Shown: positions 1 through 9,563 of the stretch, piece after piece
Numbering within the stretch: position 1 is the stretch's first letter
How the letters are laid out: each line of letters starts with the position of its first letter
Translations under genes and position numbers: made by a program
NCBI GenBank assembly: GCA_030837965.1
Contig: JAUTXP010000053.1
Location: 16,893-80,892, forward strand
Reading direction: 5' to 3'
Length of the DNA stretch: 64,000 nucleotides
DNA from: Acidimicrobiaceae bacterium
GTDB lineage: Bacteria > Actinomycetota > Acidimicrobiia > Acidimicrobiales > JAUTXP01
The notes under the pieces: generated by a model
Databases searched by the model: none
What the model saw: the letters and a program-made list of their open reading frames with translations, nothing else
Told to the model about the DNA's origin: nothing

Positions 1-54
1 GCCGAAACGAGGGCGGCCGGGGCGAGACGAGGGCGGCCGGCGGCAAGGCCGGGG

Positions 55-825
55 CTAGCGGCCCTCGAACCGGGCCTCGCGCTTTTGCACGAATGCGGCC
101 ATGGCCTCGGCCATGTCGGCGGTGGTGAAGTTCACCGACTGGCTGCGGGCCTCGTCCTCCAACGCCTGGTCCATGGAGACGGCGAAGCTGTTGTTGAGCA
201 TGGTCTTGGTCATGGACAGGGCCAGCGGCGGCCCGGCCGCCAGCCGCGACGCCCAGTCGGCCACGAACGCGTCGAGATCACCCGCGGGCACCACCCGGTT
301 GACGATGCCGAACTCGAGTGCCTCCTTGGCCGAGATGACGTCGGCGAAAAAGGCCAACTCCTTGGCCCGGTGCAGGCCGATGAGTCGAGGCAGCAGCCAC
401 GACCCGCCGAAGTCGATGGACAGCCCCCGCCGGGAGAAGATCTCCGAGAAGCGGGCCCTGTCGGAGGCCACGACCAGATCACATCCCAAGGCCAGGTTGC
501 AGCCCGCGCCCGCGGCCACGCCGTTGACCTTGGCGATCGTGGGCTTGGGCAGCCGGTGCAGACGCAGGGCGGCGTTGCCGATGTGACGCATCCGGGGCAG
601 GCCGTGGCGCTGGTCCGCGGCCACGTCCGTGAGGTCGGCGCCCGAGCAGAAGGCGTCGCCCGCGCCGGTCACCACCACCACTCGGTCGTCGGCGTTGTCA
701 GCCACCTCGTCGAACGCGGCCAACAGCTCGTTCCACATCACGTTGTTGGCCGCGTTCTTCTTCTCGGGCCGGTTCAGCGTGATGGTGACGACGCCGTCGG
801 CCCGGTCCAGCACAAGGGTCTCCAT
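55..825 (-). CDS. Enoyl-CoA hydratase/isomerase (crotonase) family protein
   Basis: Motifs TLNRPEKKNA, FCSGADL, KVNGVAAGAG and DFGGSWLLPRL. Start trimmed to the ATG at 825 (METLVL), which has TAGCGT 7 nt upstream. Confidence 0.93.
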   Translation of the reverse strand: METLVLDRADGVVTITLNRPEKKNAANNVMWNELLAAFDEVADNADDRVVVVTGAGDAFCSGADLTDVAADQRHGLPRMRHIGNAALRLHRLPKPTIAKVNGVAAGAGCNLALGCDLVVASDRARFSEIFSRRGLSIDFGGSWLLPRLIGLHRAKELAFFADVISAKEALEFGIVNRVVPAGDLDAFVADWASRLAAGPPLALSMTKTMLNNSFAVSMDQALEDEARSQSVNFTTADMAEAMAAFVQKREARFEGR

Positions 826-848
826 GTGGCCGACGCTATCGCCGCCCG

Positions 849-1049
849 TCAGCGGCCGGGGCGGCGGCGTTGGCGGTGATCCCAGCACGGGCGATGCCAA
901 TGCCGGCGCAGGTCGGGCGCGTGGAGCGGGACGACCACCACGTGGCCCACGCCCACGCCGATCTCCTGGTTGCAGCCCGGGCACACGTAGGCCTTGACCG
1001 CTTGATAGGGCTGGACGGGCCGAACCTCCACGTCGTCCTCGGACGTCAT
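849..1049 (-). CDS. Small actinobacterial hypothetical protein with CPGC...HWH..C putative Zn-binding motif
   Basis: 66 aa, YVCPGCNQEIGVGVGHVVVVP...RRHWHRPCW. It fills the gap between two genes on the same strand. Confidence 0.75.
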   Translation of the reverse strand: MTSEDDVEVRPVQPYQAVKAYVCPGCNQEIGVGVGHVVVVPLHAPDLRRHWHRPCWDHRQRRRPGR

Positions 1050-1065
1050 CGGACGACCCTCACGG

Positions 1066-2136
1066 TCACGGCCGAGCGGCTACCGACCCCGCTTCGGCCG
1101 CCGACCCCGCCGACGCCGCCGACCCCGCCGACCCCAGAGCGGCAGCCAGGTCGTCCCACAGGTCCTCGACGTGCTCCAGGCCGACGCTGAAACGCAACAG
1201 GCCAGGAGGGACGTGCTCCTCCCCCACCAACTTGTTGCGCCGCTCGACCAACGACTCCACCCCGCCCAGGCTGGTGGCGGGCACGACCAGCCGCAGCGCG
1301 CCCACCACCGCGTCAGCCCCGGCCGCACCGCCGCGCACCTCGAAGGCCATGACCGTCCCCCATCCCGGATAGCGCACGCGCTCCACCGCCGGGTGGGCGG
1401 CCAGCCGGTCAGCCAGGACAAGGGCCGACGCCGAAGCCCGCTCCAGTCGAACCGGAAGCGTCCGCAGGCCGCGCAGCGCGAGCCACGTCTCGAACGGACC
1501 GGGGATGGCGCCGTGCTTGTACCTCCGCAGCCGCAAGCGGTCGACCCATTCGTCGGACCGGGCCACGGCCACGCCCAGCAACAGGTCCGAGTGGCCGGAG
1601 AGCAGCTTGGTCGCACTGTGCACGACGACATCCGCGCCCAGTTCCAAAGGCCGCTGGAGCAACGGCGTGGCGAAGGTGTTGTCGACCGCGACCGGCCCCG
1701 AGGCCGAAGCCACCACGGCCGCGATGTCAGCCACCTCCATCATCGGGTTGGAAGGGGACTCGACCCACACCAGATCGGCGCCGGCCGCCTCGGCCTGGTC
1801 GACCACCACAAAGCGGTCCTCGCCCCGCTCGGCCACGAAGCTGCGCGTCCCGACGTAGGCGCCACCGGGCACGGCCACCTTGGCCCCGACCGGCATGGAT
1901 TCGAACACGGCCGCGGCGGCCGCCATCCCCGAGGCGAAGGCCACGGCCACGCCGCCCTCCAACTCCCCGACCGCGTCCTCGAAGGCGCGCCACGTCTGGT
2001 TGTCCTCGCGGCCATAGGCGACAGGTCCGTCCTGCACGTAGGTCGACGACAGCTCGATGCCGGGCGCGAGCGGCGCGCCCGGTACCCGCGGCGGGCGCCC
2101 CGCGTGCACGGCAATCGTCTCAGGCCGCCTCGTCAA
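1066..2136 (-). CDS. metB: PLP-dependent trans-sulfuration enzyme (cystathionine gamma-synthase/lyase family)
   Basis: HSATKLLSGHSD (PLP lysine), ESPSNP, VDNTFATP, TSLGGVESL and LLRFSVGLE. TTG start overlaps the yraN stop. Confidence 0.85.
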   Translation of the reverse strand: MTRRPETIAVHAGRPPRVPGAPLAPGIELSSTYVQDGPVAYGREDNQTWRAFEDAVGELEGGVAVAFASGMAAAAAVFESMPVGAKVAVPGGAYVGTRSFVAERGEDRFVVVDQAEAAGADLVWVESPSNPMMEVADIAAVVASASGPVAVDNTFATPLLQRPLELGADVVVHSATKLLSGHSDLLLGVAVARSDEWVDRLRLRRYKHGAIPGPFETWLALRGLRTLPVRLERASASALVLADRLAAHPAVERVRYPGWGTVMAFEVRGGAAGADAVVGALRLVVPATSLGGVESLVERRNKLVGEEHVPPGLLRFSVGLEHVEDLWDDLAAALGSAGSAASAGSAAEAGSVAARP

Positions 2137-2486
2137 AACGCCCCCTCCAGCACTTCGAGCCTGCCGTCCGTGACCGCGGCCACGTCGAAGCGTATCTCCC
2201 GGGCCAGCGCGGGCGCGTCCGATTCGAGCCAGCGAGCAGCCAGCCTGCGCAGCCGCTGCTGCTTGTCATGAGTGACGGCCTCCGCGGCCACGCCGAACGC
2301 GTCCGACGTGCGCGCCTTCACCTCGCAGAAGACGTACATGCGGCCGTCGCGCACGATGAGGTCCAACTCGCCCTCCCGACAGCGCCAGTTGCGGGCCAGC
2401 ACCTCGAAGCCCTTCGCCTCGTACCAGGCCGCGGCCATGTCCTCGCCGGACAGGCCGAGAGCACGCCGGGCCGACCGGTCGGCCAT
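2133..2486 (-). CDS. yraN: YraN family (UPF0102) nuclease-like protein
   Basis: GEDMAAAWY, RNWRCREGELDLI, FCEVKAR, RFDV. Confidence 0.92.
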   Translation of the reverse strand: MADRSARRALGLSGEDMAAAWYEAKGFEVLARNWRCREGELDLIVRDGRMYVFCEVKARTSDAFGVAAEAVTHDKQQRLRRLAARWLESDAPALAREIRFDVAAVTDGRLEVLEGAF

Positions 2487-2490
2487 CGGA

Positions 2491-2784
2491 CTACAGCTCC
2501 TTTTCCGGGAGCTCCTCGATGTTGACGTCCTTGAACGTCACCACCCGGACCGAGGACACGAAGCGGGCTGGGCGGTACATGTCCCAGACCCACGCATCCC
2601 CCAGCTCGATCTCGAAGTAGGTGCGGCCCTCTTGATTGCGGGCCTCCATCTTCACCTCGTTGGAGAGGTAGAACCGGCGCTCGGTCTCCACCACGTAGCG
2701 GAACATGGGGAGCACGGCGCGGTACTCCTGATAGAGCTGGAGCTCGATCTCGGTCTCGTACCGTTCGAGGTCCTCGGCGCTCAT
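2491..2784 (-). CDS. DUF2469 family protein
   Basis: MSAEDLERYETEIELQLYQEY...ETERRFYL...WVWDMYRPARF, in its usual position upstream of yraN in actinobacteria. Confidence 0.9.
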   Translation of the reverse strand: MSAEDLERYETEIELQLYQEYRAVLPMFRYVVETERRFYLSNEVKMEARNQEGRTYFEIELGDAWVWDMYRPARFVSSVRVVTFKDVNIEELPEKEL

Positions 2785-2811
2785 CGCTGCGTCACGTCGG
2801 TCATGGTACGT

Positions 2812-3453
2812 CTAGAGAAAGCTCATATTCGGCACCGGCCACACCTTGGCGATGGTCCGGCCCACCACCGTCTTGCGCTGAATGGGCCCGAAGACGCGCG
2901 AGTCCGACGAATTCCCGCGGTTGTCCCCCATCACCCACAACTGCCCAGGCTGGATCTTGATCGGGAACTTGGCCCCGTTGGGCAAGGTCAACATGCCTTT
3001 GGGCAGGTAGGGCTCTTCGAGCTGTCGGCCGTCCACGTAGACGTGGCCGTCCTTGACGTCCACCGTCTCGCCGGGCAGGGCGATGACCCGCTTGATGAAC
3101 TCCTCGGTGCTGGGCTGGATGACCCCCACGCCCGTCCCGATCTTGCGCAACAGCGTGGTCAGCGGGTTGCGCTTGGGCACGGGCGGGCCGAAGGCGGCCT
3201 GCTTGGGCGCGTCGAACACGACGATGTCGCCCCGGTGCGGCTTGTGCAGGTGGTAGGAGACCTTGGACACGACGACGCGGTCGTTGATCTGGAGCTGCGG
3301 GATCATCGAGCCCGACGGGATGTAGAAGGCCTGGGCCACGAACGTCTTGACCAAGAAGGCGATGACGCCGGCGGCGATCAGCAGGACGGGCAGCTCGCGC
3401 GCCGTGCGGGCCGCGATGGGGAGGCCGTCCTCATCGCTGACATGGGCGACCAC
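2812..3453 (-). CDS. lepB: Signal peptidase I
   Basis: TM helix followed by IPSGSM (catalytic Ser), FIKRVIALPG (catalytic Lys) and GDNRGNSSDSR. Confidence 0.96.
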   Translation of the reverse strand: MVAHVSDEDGLPIAARTARELPVLLIAAGVIAFLVKTFVAQAFYIPSGSMIPQLQINDRVVVSKVSYHLHKPHRGDIVVFDAPKQAAFGPPVPKRNPLTTLLRKIGTGVGVIQPSTEEFIKRVIALPGETVDVKDGHVYVDGRQLEEPYLPKGMLTLPNGAKFPIKIQPGQLWVMGDNRGNSSDSRVFGPIQRKTVVGRTIAKVWPVPNMSFL

Positions 3454-3458
3454 CTGGG

Positions 3459-3809
3459 TCAGCGGACGGTTCGCTTCTCTTTGATCTTGGCCGCCTTGCC
3501 CACGCGATCACGCAGGTAGTACAGCTTCGCTCTGCGCACGTCGCCCTGGGTGATGGGCTCGATCCTGGCGAGGATGGGCGAGTGCACGGGGAACGTGCGC
3601 TCCACGCCGACGCCGAAGCTCACCTTGCGAACGGTGAAGGTCTCACGCACACCTGAGCCCTGCCTGCGGATGACGACGCCCTGGAACACCTGGACGCGCT
3701 CGCGGGTGCCCTCCACCACTCGGACGTGCACCTTCAGCGTGTCCCCTGGCGCAAAGACGGGGATGTCGTCGCGCAGGCTGTCGCGGTCGACCAGATCGGT
3801 GGGGTTCAT
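3459..3809 (-). CDS. rplS: 50S ribosomal protein L19
   Basis: [40 protein letters not shown]. Confidence 0.98.
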   Translation of the reverse strand: MNPTDLVDRDSLRDDIPVFAPGDTLKVHVRVVEGTRERVQVFQGVVIRRQGSGVRETFTVRKVSFGVGVERTFPVHSPILARIEPITQGDVRRAKLYYLRDRVGKAAKIKEKRTVR

Positions 3810-4573
3810 GGCGCGTCAGGCTCCTCGTTGGCGTCGCCGGGGGACGACACAGGATAGCCATGGTCTTCGAGCACTTTCACCTCGTCCGGCCGCAGCCCTC
3901 CCCTGGCCTCGATGAGATCGGGTCTGCGGGACAGCGTGCGACGCAGCGCCTGGGCCCGACGCCACCGGGCCACGTTGGCGTGGTGGCCGCTCAAGAGGAC
4001 CTCGGGCACGGCCCACCCGCGGAACTCGGCGGGCCTTGTGTACTGCGGGTATTCGAGCAGTCCGTCCGTGAACGACTCGTCCTCGGCCGACGCCTCGTTG
4101 CCCATCACGCCCGGCACCAGACGGGCCGTGGCCTCGATGACCACCAGCGCCGCGACCTCGCCGCCCGCCAGCACGTAGTCCCCCACTGACAGCTCGTCGT
4201 CGACCAGGTGCTCGACCACCCGCTGGTCCACGCCCTCGTACCGGCCGCAGAGGAGGGAGAACCCGTCGGGCCGTTGGGCCAGCTCGTGGGCCAGGGCCTG
4301 GTCGAATCGCCGTCCTCCTGGGCCCAGGAGGTAGAGGGGGCGAGGCGGGTCGACCTTCTCGACTGCGCCGAACACCGGCTCAGGCGCCAGCACCATTCCC
4401 GCCCCGCCCCCGAAGGGCGCGTCGTCCACCGAGCGGTGCGGGTCGATGGCGGCCGAGCGCAGGTCGTGGACGCGGATGTCGACCACGCCTTCCCGACGGG
4501 CCTTGCCCAACAGGCTCTGGCCGACGAAGCCCTCCACCATGGCCGGGAAGATGGTGAAGACGTCGACCCTCAC
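3806..4573 (-). CDS. trmD: tRNA (guanine37-N1)-methyltransferase
   Basis: [54 protein letters not shown] start at 4573 overlaps the upstream stop (GTGA). Confidence 0.97.
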   Translation of the reverse strand: MRVDVFTIFPAMVEGFVGQSLLGKARREGVVDIRVHDLRSAAIDPHRSVDDAPFGGGAGMVLAPEPVFGAVEKVDPPRPLYLLGPGGRRFDQALAHELAQRPDGFSLLCGRYEGVDQRVVEHLVDDELSVGDYVLAGGEVAALVVIEATARLVPGVMGNEASAEDESFTDGLLEYPQYTRPAEFRGWAVPEVLLSGHHANVARWRRAQALRRTLSRRPDLIEARGGLRPDEVKVLEDHGYPVSSPGDANEEPDAP

Positions 4574-5559
4574 GGGGCGGTCTTGACCACGATCTTGCCC
4601 ACCGTTCCCCGACTCCCCAGCGCGGCCAGGGCCTCGGGCGCCTGCTCCATGGGCAGGACTTGCGACACCAGCGGGTCGATGCGGCCTTCCCCGTAGAGGC
4701 GCATCAGGTCGTCGTGGATCTCGTGCGGGACGTGGGGCGCCAGGCGGTTGTAGAGGCCCCAGTGCACGCCGACCACCGAGTAGTTCTTGATGAGGACATG
4801 GTTGGCGGGGGCCTCGGGGATGCGGCCGCTGGTGAAGCCGATGACGAGGATGCGGCCCTCGAAGGCGATGCACTTGCGGGAGCGGTCGAAGGTGTCGCCG
4901 CCCACGGGGTCGTAGATCACGTCCGCGCCCTTGCCGTCAGTGGCCTCCTTGACCACAGCGACGAAGTCGTCGGCTTGGTAGTCGATGGCCACGTCGGCGC
5001 CGAGCTTCTTGCAGACGGCCACCTTGTCCGGGCCGCCCCCGGTGGCCAGCACCCTTGCGCCCGCGGCCAGTCCCAGTTGGATGGCCGCGCTGCCCACGCC
5101 GCCCGCGCCCGCGTGGACGAGCAGGGTCTCGCCTGCTTGCAGGGCGGCCCTGCGGTGCAGGGCGATGTGGCCCGTCTGGTAGGTGATGTGCAGGGCCGCG
5201 GCCGACTCCATGGGCATGGCGTCGGGGATGGGATAGGTGGTGGCCGCGGCGGCCACGGTGCGCTCGGTCAGCCCGCCGGTGCGAAAGCTCGGTGCAGCCA
5301 ACACCCGTTGGTGGACACGGAAGCCCTCGACGCCAGGTCCGACGGCGGCGATGGTGCCCGCCACCTCCACGCCAGGGGTGAAGGGCAGCGGCGGCTTCTC
5401 CTGGTACTGGCCTCGGCACAGCAGGATGTCCGGGAAGTTGAGGGCGGCCGCGGCCACGTCGATGGCCACCTCGCCAGGGCCGGGCTCGGGCCCGTCCACC
5501 TCCTCCAGCCGCAAGACCTCGAGGGGCTCGCCCAGCTCGTGGAGTCGCCATGCGCGCAT
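4570..5559 (-). CDS. NADPH:quinone oxidoreductase (zeta-crystallin/MDR family)
   Basis: ALNFPD, PFTPGVE, LLVHAGAGGVG, GADVIYDPVGG, GKIVV. Start trimmed to MRAWRL at 5559. Confidence 0.92.
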   Translation of the reverse strand: MRAWRLHELGEPLEVLRLEEVDGPEPGPGEVAIDVAAAALNFPDILLCRGQYQEKPPLPFTPGVEVAGTIAAVGPGVEGFRVHQRVLAAPSFRTGGLTERTVAAAATTYPIPDAMPMESAAALHITYQTGHIALHRRAALQAGETLLVHAGAGGVGSAAIQLGLAAGARVLATGGGPDKVAVCKKLGADVAIDYQADDFVAVVKEATDGKGADVIYDPVGGDTFDRSRKCIAFEGRILVIGFTSGRIPEAPANHVLIKNYSVVGVHWGLYNRLAPHVPHEIHDDLMRLYGEGRIDPLVSQVLPMEQAPEALAALGSRGTVGKIVVKTAP

Positions 5560-5610
5560 GGCCCCGGACGATAGGCCGCGCCTGCCCTCTTGCCGCCCCG
5601 GCCTTTGCCG

Positions 5611-5657
5611 GTCTGGAGGACATGCCCTGCGGATTGCGCAGTCCATGTCCTCCAGTC
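5611..5657. repeat. REP-like palindrome, family B, copy 1
   Basis: CTGGAGGACATG (5613-5624) and CATGTCCTCCAG (5644-5655) inverted arms. The same arms recur at 15300, 41760 and 45789. Confidence 0.85.
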
Positions 5658-5690
5658 GCGAGAGGGGGAGGACGGGAGAAGGGGGGCGGG

Positions 5691-6143
5691 TCAGTCCAGC
5701 AGACCGGCGGGGACGTCGACCACAACCCGACCGGGTTGACGCTCAACCAAGAAGGTCAGCGGGATGAGCCCGCCCGACTCGAGAACCAGCAGATCGCTGG
5801 CCGGGTTGGCCTGCACCGACTCGACCCGCCCGAGGACGTTGCCATCGGGATCAGCGACGTCGGACCCGATCAGCTCGTGCACCCACAGGACATCGGCATC
5901 GTCCAAGGGCTCGGCCCGCAGGACCACGTTGCGGAGGGCGTCGGCGTCCTCACGCGTCTCCACGCCCTCGAAGACCACGATCCAGCGCCCGAGGTGCGGG
6001 CTCGACCGAACGATGTGCAGGTCGCCGCGGTCGCTGGCCAAGACGGTCCCCGGCTCGATGCGCTCGACGCGGTTGGTGGTCAGCTCGACCACCACCTCGC
6101 CTCGCAGGCCATGGGGCTTGACCACCCGCCCCACGTCCAGCAT
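5691..6143 (-). CDS. rimM: Ribosome maturation factor RimM
   Basis: VGRVVKPHGLRGEV N-terminus and a PRC-barrel C-terminus, in S16 operon position. Confidence 0.95.
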   Translation of the reverse strand: MLDVGRVVKPHGLRGEVVVELTTNRVERIEPGTVLASDRGDLHIVRSSPHLGRWIVVFEGVETREDADALRNVVLRAEPLDDADVLWVHELIGSDVADPDGNVLGRVESVQANPASDLLVLESGGLIPLTFLVERQPGRVVVDVPAGLLD

Positions 6144-6521
6144 CTAATCGACGATGTCGACCGAAGCCTCGACGCCCTCGCGGGCGCCCGCGGCCCGGAC
6201 GAGGGTGCGGATGGCCTGGGCCACCCGGCCCCGCTTGCCGATGATCTTGCCCATGTCGTCGGGGGCCACGTGCAGGCGCAGGTCGATCCGCCTGCCCCGC
6301 TCGTCCACCTCGACCTCCACCGAGTCGGGGTCGTCCACGATCTGGCGGGCCACGTATTCGAGGACCGAGCGCGACACCGCGCCCGTCACCCGGTTGGCGT
6401 CGCCCTGCTCGTACTCGTCGACGTCATCGGCTTCGTCGACGGGATCGTCGGCCACATTGCCGTCGACGTCATCGGCTTCGTCGAGATCCTCGGCGTCGTC
6501 CTGGGGCTCGGTGTCGCTCAT
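6144..6521 (-). CDS. khpA: KH-domain RNA-binding protein KhpA with acidic N-terminal extension
   Basis: [24 protein letters not shown] (GxxG loop), between rpsP and rimM. Start MSDTEP overlaps the rpsP stop. Confidence 0.92.
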   Translation of the reverse strand: MSDTEPQDDAEDLDEADDVDGNVADDPVDEADDVDEYEQGDANRVTGAVSRSVLEYVARQIVDDPDSVEVEVDERGRRIDLRLHVAPDDMGKIIGKRGRVAQAIRTLVRAAGAREGVEASVDIVD

Positions 6522-6781
6522 TTGCCGCCCTTGAACTCGTCCCACGTGCCCGTGATCTTCAGGAGCTTCTGCACCGTCTCGGTGGGCTGGGCGCCCTGCG
6601 ACAGCCACTTGAGCGCCTTGTCGTTGTCGATGTTGATGCGGGACGGCTCGGCCCGGGGCTCGTACGTGCCCACGATCTCGATGAAGCGGCCGTCTCGCGG
6701 CGAGCGGCTGTCGGCCGCCACGACCCGGTAGGTCGGCTGCTTCTTCTTGCCCATCCGCATCAGGCGGAGCTTCACTGCCAC
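6518..6781 (-). CDS. rpsP: 30S ribosomal protein S16
   Basis: [35 protein letters not shown]. Confidence 0.98.
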   Translation of the reverse strand: MAVKLRLMRMGKKKQPTYRVVAADSRSPRDGRFIEIVGTYEPRAEPSRINIDNDKALKWLSQGAQPTETVQKLLKITGTWDEFKGGK

Positions 6782-6824
6782 GGTTCTTCGTCTTCCTCTC
6801 GCATGCGGCGGGCCTGCTTGGCCT

Positions 6825-8171
6825 TTAGCGCCGCTTGTTCTTCTTCTTGTTGGACTTGCTGGACTTGGCCTTCTTCTTCTGCAAGACCCGGCCCAGGCCC
6901 ATGGAGCTCATCATCCGCTGCATCTCGTTGAACTGCTTCAGGACCAGGTTCACCTCAGAGGTGGTGGCCCCGCTCCCGTTGGCGATCCGCAGGCGCCGCG
7001 ACCCGTTGATGATCGACGGCTCCCTTCGCTCCTCCAGGGTCATCGAGCGGATGATGGCCTCGACCCTGGCCAGCTCCCGGTCGTCGATGTTGGCCTGCTT
7101 GAGCTCTTTTGGAAGCCCGGGCATCATACCGATGATCCCCGACAGGGGGCCCATCTTCTTCACCTGCTGCATCTGCTCGAGGAAGTCCTCGAGGGTGAAG
7201 CGGCCCTCCTGCAACGCGGTCGCGGCCTTCTCGGCCACGTCCTTGTCGTAGGCCTCCTCGGCCCGCTCGATCAGGGTCAGCACGTCGCCCATGCCCAGGA
7301 TGCGACTGGCCATGCGGTCCGGGTGGAACAGGTCGAAGTCGGCCAGCTTCTCGCCCGTGGAGGCGAAGGCGATGGGCCTGCCCACCACCTCCTTGACGCT
7401 GAGGGCGGCCCCGCCCCGCGCGTCGCCGTCGAGCTTGGTGAGGATCACGCCGTCCAGGTTCAGGGTCTGGTGGAAGGCCTCGGCCGTGGTCACCGCGTCC
7501 TGGCCGATCATGGCGTCGATCACCAGGAACGTGTAGTGCGGGCTGGTCTTGTCCGAGATCTGGCGGACCTGGTCCATCATCTCGGCGTCGATGGTGAGGC
7601 GGCCCGCGGTGTCGACGATGAGCACGTCCTTGCCCAGCCGCTGGGCCTCCTCCAGGCCCCGCTGGGCCACGTCCACCGGATCGGTGGGCTCGCTGAACAT
7701 GGTCACGCCCGCCTGGCCGGCGAGGACCCGGAGCTGCTCCACCGCAGCCGGGCGCTGGAGGTCGGCGCCCACGAGCATGGGGTTGCGGCCCTGCTGCTTG
7801 AACCAGCGGGCCAGCTTGCCCGCGGCGGTGGTCTTGCCCGAGCCCTGGAGGCCGGCCAACAGGATGACGGTGGGCGGGCGGGAGGCGAAGGTGAGCTTGA
7901 GGGTCTGGCCGCCGAGGATGTTGATCAGTTCCTCGTGGACGATCTTGATGACCTGCTGGGCCGGGCTCAGGGCCAACGACAGCTCGATCCCGACCGTGCG
8001 CTCCTTGATGCGCTTGACCATCTCGCGCACCACGATGAAGTTGACGTCCGCCTCCAACAGCGCGACCCGGATCTCCCGCAGCACCTCGTCCACGTCCGCC
8101 TCGTTGAGGCGGCCGCGTGAGCGCAGGCGCGTGAAGATGCCGTCGAAACGGTCGGACAGGGACTCGAACAT
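6825..8171 (-). CDS. ffh: Signal recognition particle protein Ffh
   Basis: [24 protein letters not shown] and the M-domain FTLEDF. Confidence 0.98.
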   Translation of the reverse strand: MFESLSDRFDGIFTRLRSRGRLNEADVDEVLREIRVALLEADVNFIVVREMVKRIKERTVGIELSLALSPAQQVIKIVHEELINILGGQTLKLTFASRPPTVILLAGLQGSGKTTAAGKLARWFKQQGRNPMLVGADLQRPAAVEQLRVLAGQAGVTMFSEPTDPVDVAQRGLEEAQRLGKDVLIVDTAGRLTIDAEMMDQVRQISDKTSPHYTFLVIDAMIGQDAVTTAEAFHQTLNLDGVILTKLDGDARGGAALSVKEVVGRPIAFASTGEKLADFDLFHPDRMASRILGMGDVLTLIERAEEAYDKDVAEKAATALQEGRFTLEDFLEQMQQVKKMGPLSGIIGMMPGLPKELKQANIDDRELARVEAIIRSMTLEERREPSIINGSRRLRIANGSGATTSEVNLVLKQFNEMQRMMSSMGLGRVLQKKKAKSSKSNKKKNKRR

Positions 8172-8252
8172 GCGGGGGCCAAGGGTACCGGGCCGGTCGG
8201 TGGCCCTTCACGTCCGGCCTGCGGGTCCGCACCTGTTGCGGTCGGGCCGTCC

Positions 8253-9545
8253 CTATTTGGGCGTGGTTTGCGGCACTTTCTCGCCCGTTCCACGCCCAGA
8301 TGCGTCAGGGGCGATGAGGTCGTCGGGCACGGCCGGGATGGCCGGGGTGTCCGCGCCCGTCTCACTGGTGAAGACGTAGACGGGCAGCAGGCTGTCGCCC
8401 CGGTACTGGAGAACGAGACGCACGCTGGTGAGGGTCTCGACCCGCTTGGGCGGGACGGGCATGGGCTGGGGGACGGGTACGGGCTGCGGCTGCGACGGCT
8501 CGTCGACGGGCGCACCGTCGGTGGGCGGCGTGGCGACCGGCGGCTTGTCCGCGGTCGGTTTGCCCAAGGCGGGCGGCGGGTCGGTGGGCGGCGCGCTGGC
8601 CGTCGCCCCCGCGCTGTCCGTCGCGGTCATGGGCTCGGGCACACCCATGCGGCGGCCGGCCCCGCCCTGGCTGGTCATCGTGCTCGGGTCGTTGAGCCGC
8701 TTGAGCGCGGTGGCCATGTCGACCAGCGGGTAGTCGCCCAGCTTCTCCGGCGCGCCCAGCCAGCCGGAGGCGAAGTTGACGACGCCGTGCAGGCCCACGT
8801 CGACCATGGTGTCGAGTCCCAGGACGGGCAGGCCCTCGACCAGCGGCGAGAAGCTGACGGACGCGGTGCCGTATCCGGGCTTGACCTGCACCTCGGCCGA
8901 GCCTGGGTCGATGCCCGCCTTCCGCCACATGGTCCTGGCCGCCTGTTCGGCCTCGTCGTCGGCCGGGCCAGGCGGGTCGGGCGTGGGCTTGCACTGCATG
9001 GCGCAGACCGCATCGGGCGGGCATGGCGCGCAAGCGGTGATCGAGGACGAGACCGAGCCCGACGACGCGGACCCAACCGCGGTGTTGGGGTTGGGACCAA
9101 AGGTCCACAGTCCGGTGCGCTGGTCGACCTGGAGGTGGTGCTCGGCGGTGTCGTCGGCCACCCAGAACCCGTCGCCCTCGGATGCCGGGCCCAGGCCCAG
9201 GGCCGCAGCCAGCCTGGCCACCGCTTCCTTGGTGGGGCCGTGCAGGCGGTACGCAGGCGCGGAGTCGACGGGGCGGCCCACGCCGGGGTCGAGCCGGTAC
9301 TCGACGGCGAAGTAGGGGAACATGGCCGGCGCGGCCCCCACCGAGTCGGCCGACAGCGCCATGCCCGCCGTGGCCCGGGCCGAGTCGGCCGTACCGGAGG
9401 CCCCGTAACTCAGGCGGGGCGGCGACGACTTCGTGTCCCGGGACGCCACCGCCACCATGCCGGCCACGGCCACGGCGAAGGCGAGGACGGCGGCCAGCAG
9501 GGCGGCTCGGGTGCGCATGCCCGTACGACGGGTGGTGGGCTCCAT
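8253..9545 (-). CDS. Exported or membrane-anchored hypothetical protein, Pro-rich, with a Cys cluster
   Basis: N-terminal hydrophobic helix, CAPCPPDAVCAMQC motif and Pro-rich linkers. It is a long ORF filling the ftsY-ffh gap. Confidence 0.7.
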   Translation of the reverse strand: MEPTTRRTGMRTRAALLAAVLAFAVAVAGMVAVASRDTKSSPPRLSYGASGTADSARATAGMALSADSVGAAPAMFPYFAVEYRLDPGVGRPVDSAPAYRLHGPTKEAVARLAAALGLGPASEGDGFWVADDTAEHHLQVDQRTGLWTFGPNPNTAVGSASSGSVSSSITACAPCPPDAVCAMQCKPTPDPPGPADDEAEQAARTMWRKAGIDPGSAEVQVKPGYGTASVSFSPLVEGLPVLGLDTMVDVGLHGVVNFASGWLGAPEKLGDYPLVDMATALKRLNDPSTMTSQGGAGRRMGVPEPMTATDSAGATASAPPTDPPPALGKPTADKPPVATPPTDGAPVDEPSQPQPVPVPQPMPVPPKRVETLTSVRLVLQYRGDSLLPVYVFTSETGADTPAIPAVPDDLIAPDASGRGTGEKVPQTTPK

Positions 9546-9563
9546 CCGGTTCCCGTCAGGCCG

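Noticed and set aside
2133-3453. Absence of rnhB, comM and dprA around lepB-DUF2469-yraN
   Set aside because: An ordinary lineage-specific rearrangement; the genes may lie elsewhere and this cannot be judged from one window.
8227-8241. CCGCA-cctgt-TGCGG upstream of ffh as a degenerate family-A palindrome
   Set aside because: Only the central GCACCTG(C/T)TGC matches and the TTTTCCACA arms are absent, so it is too short to support.
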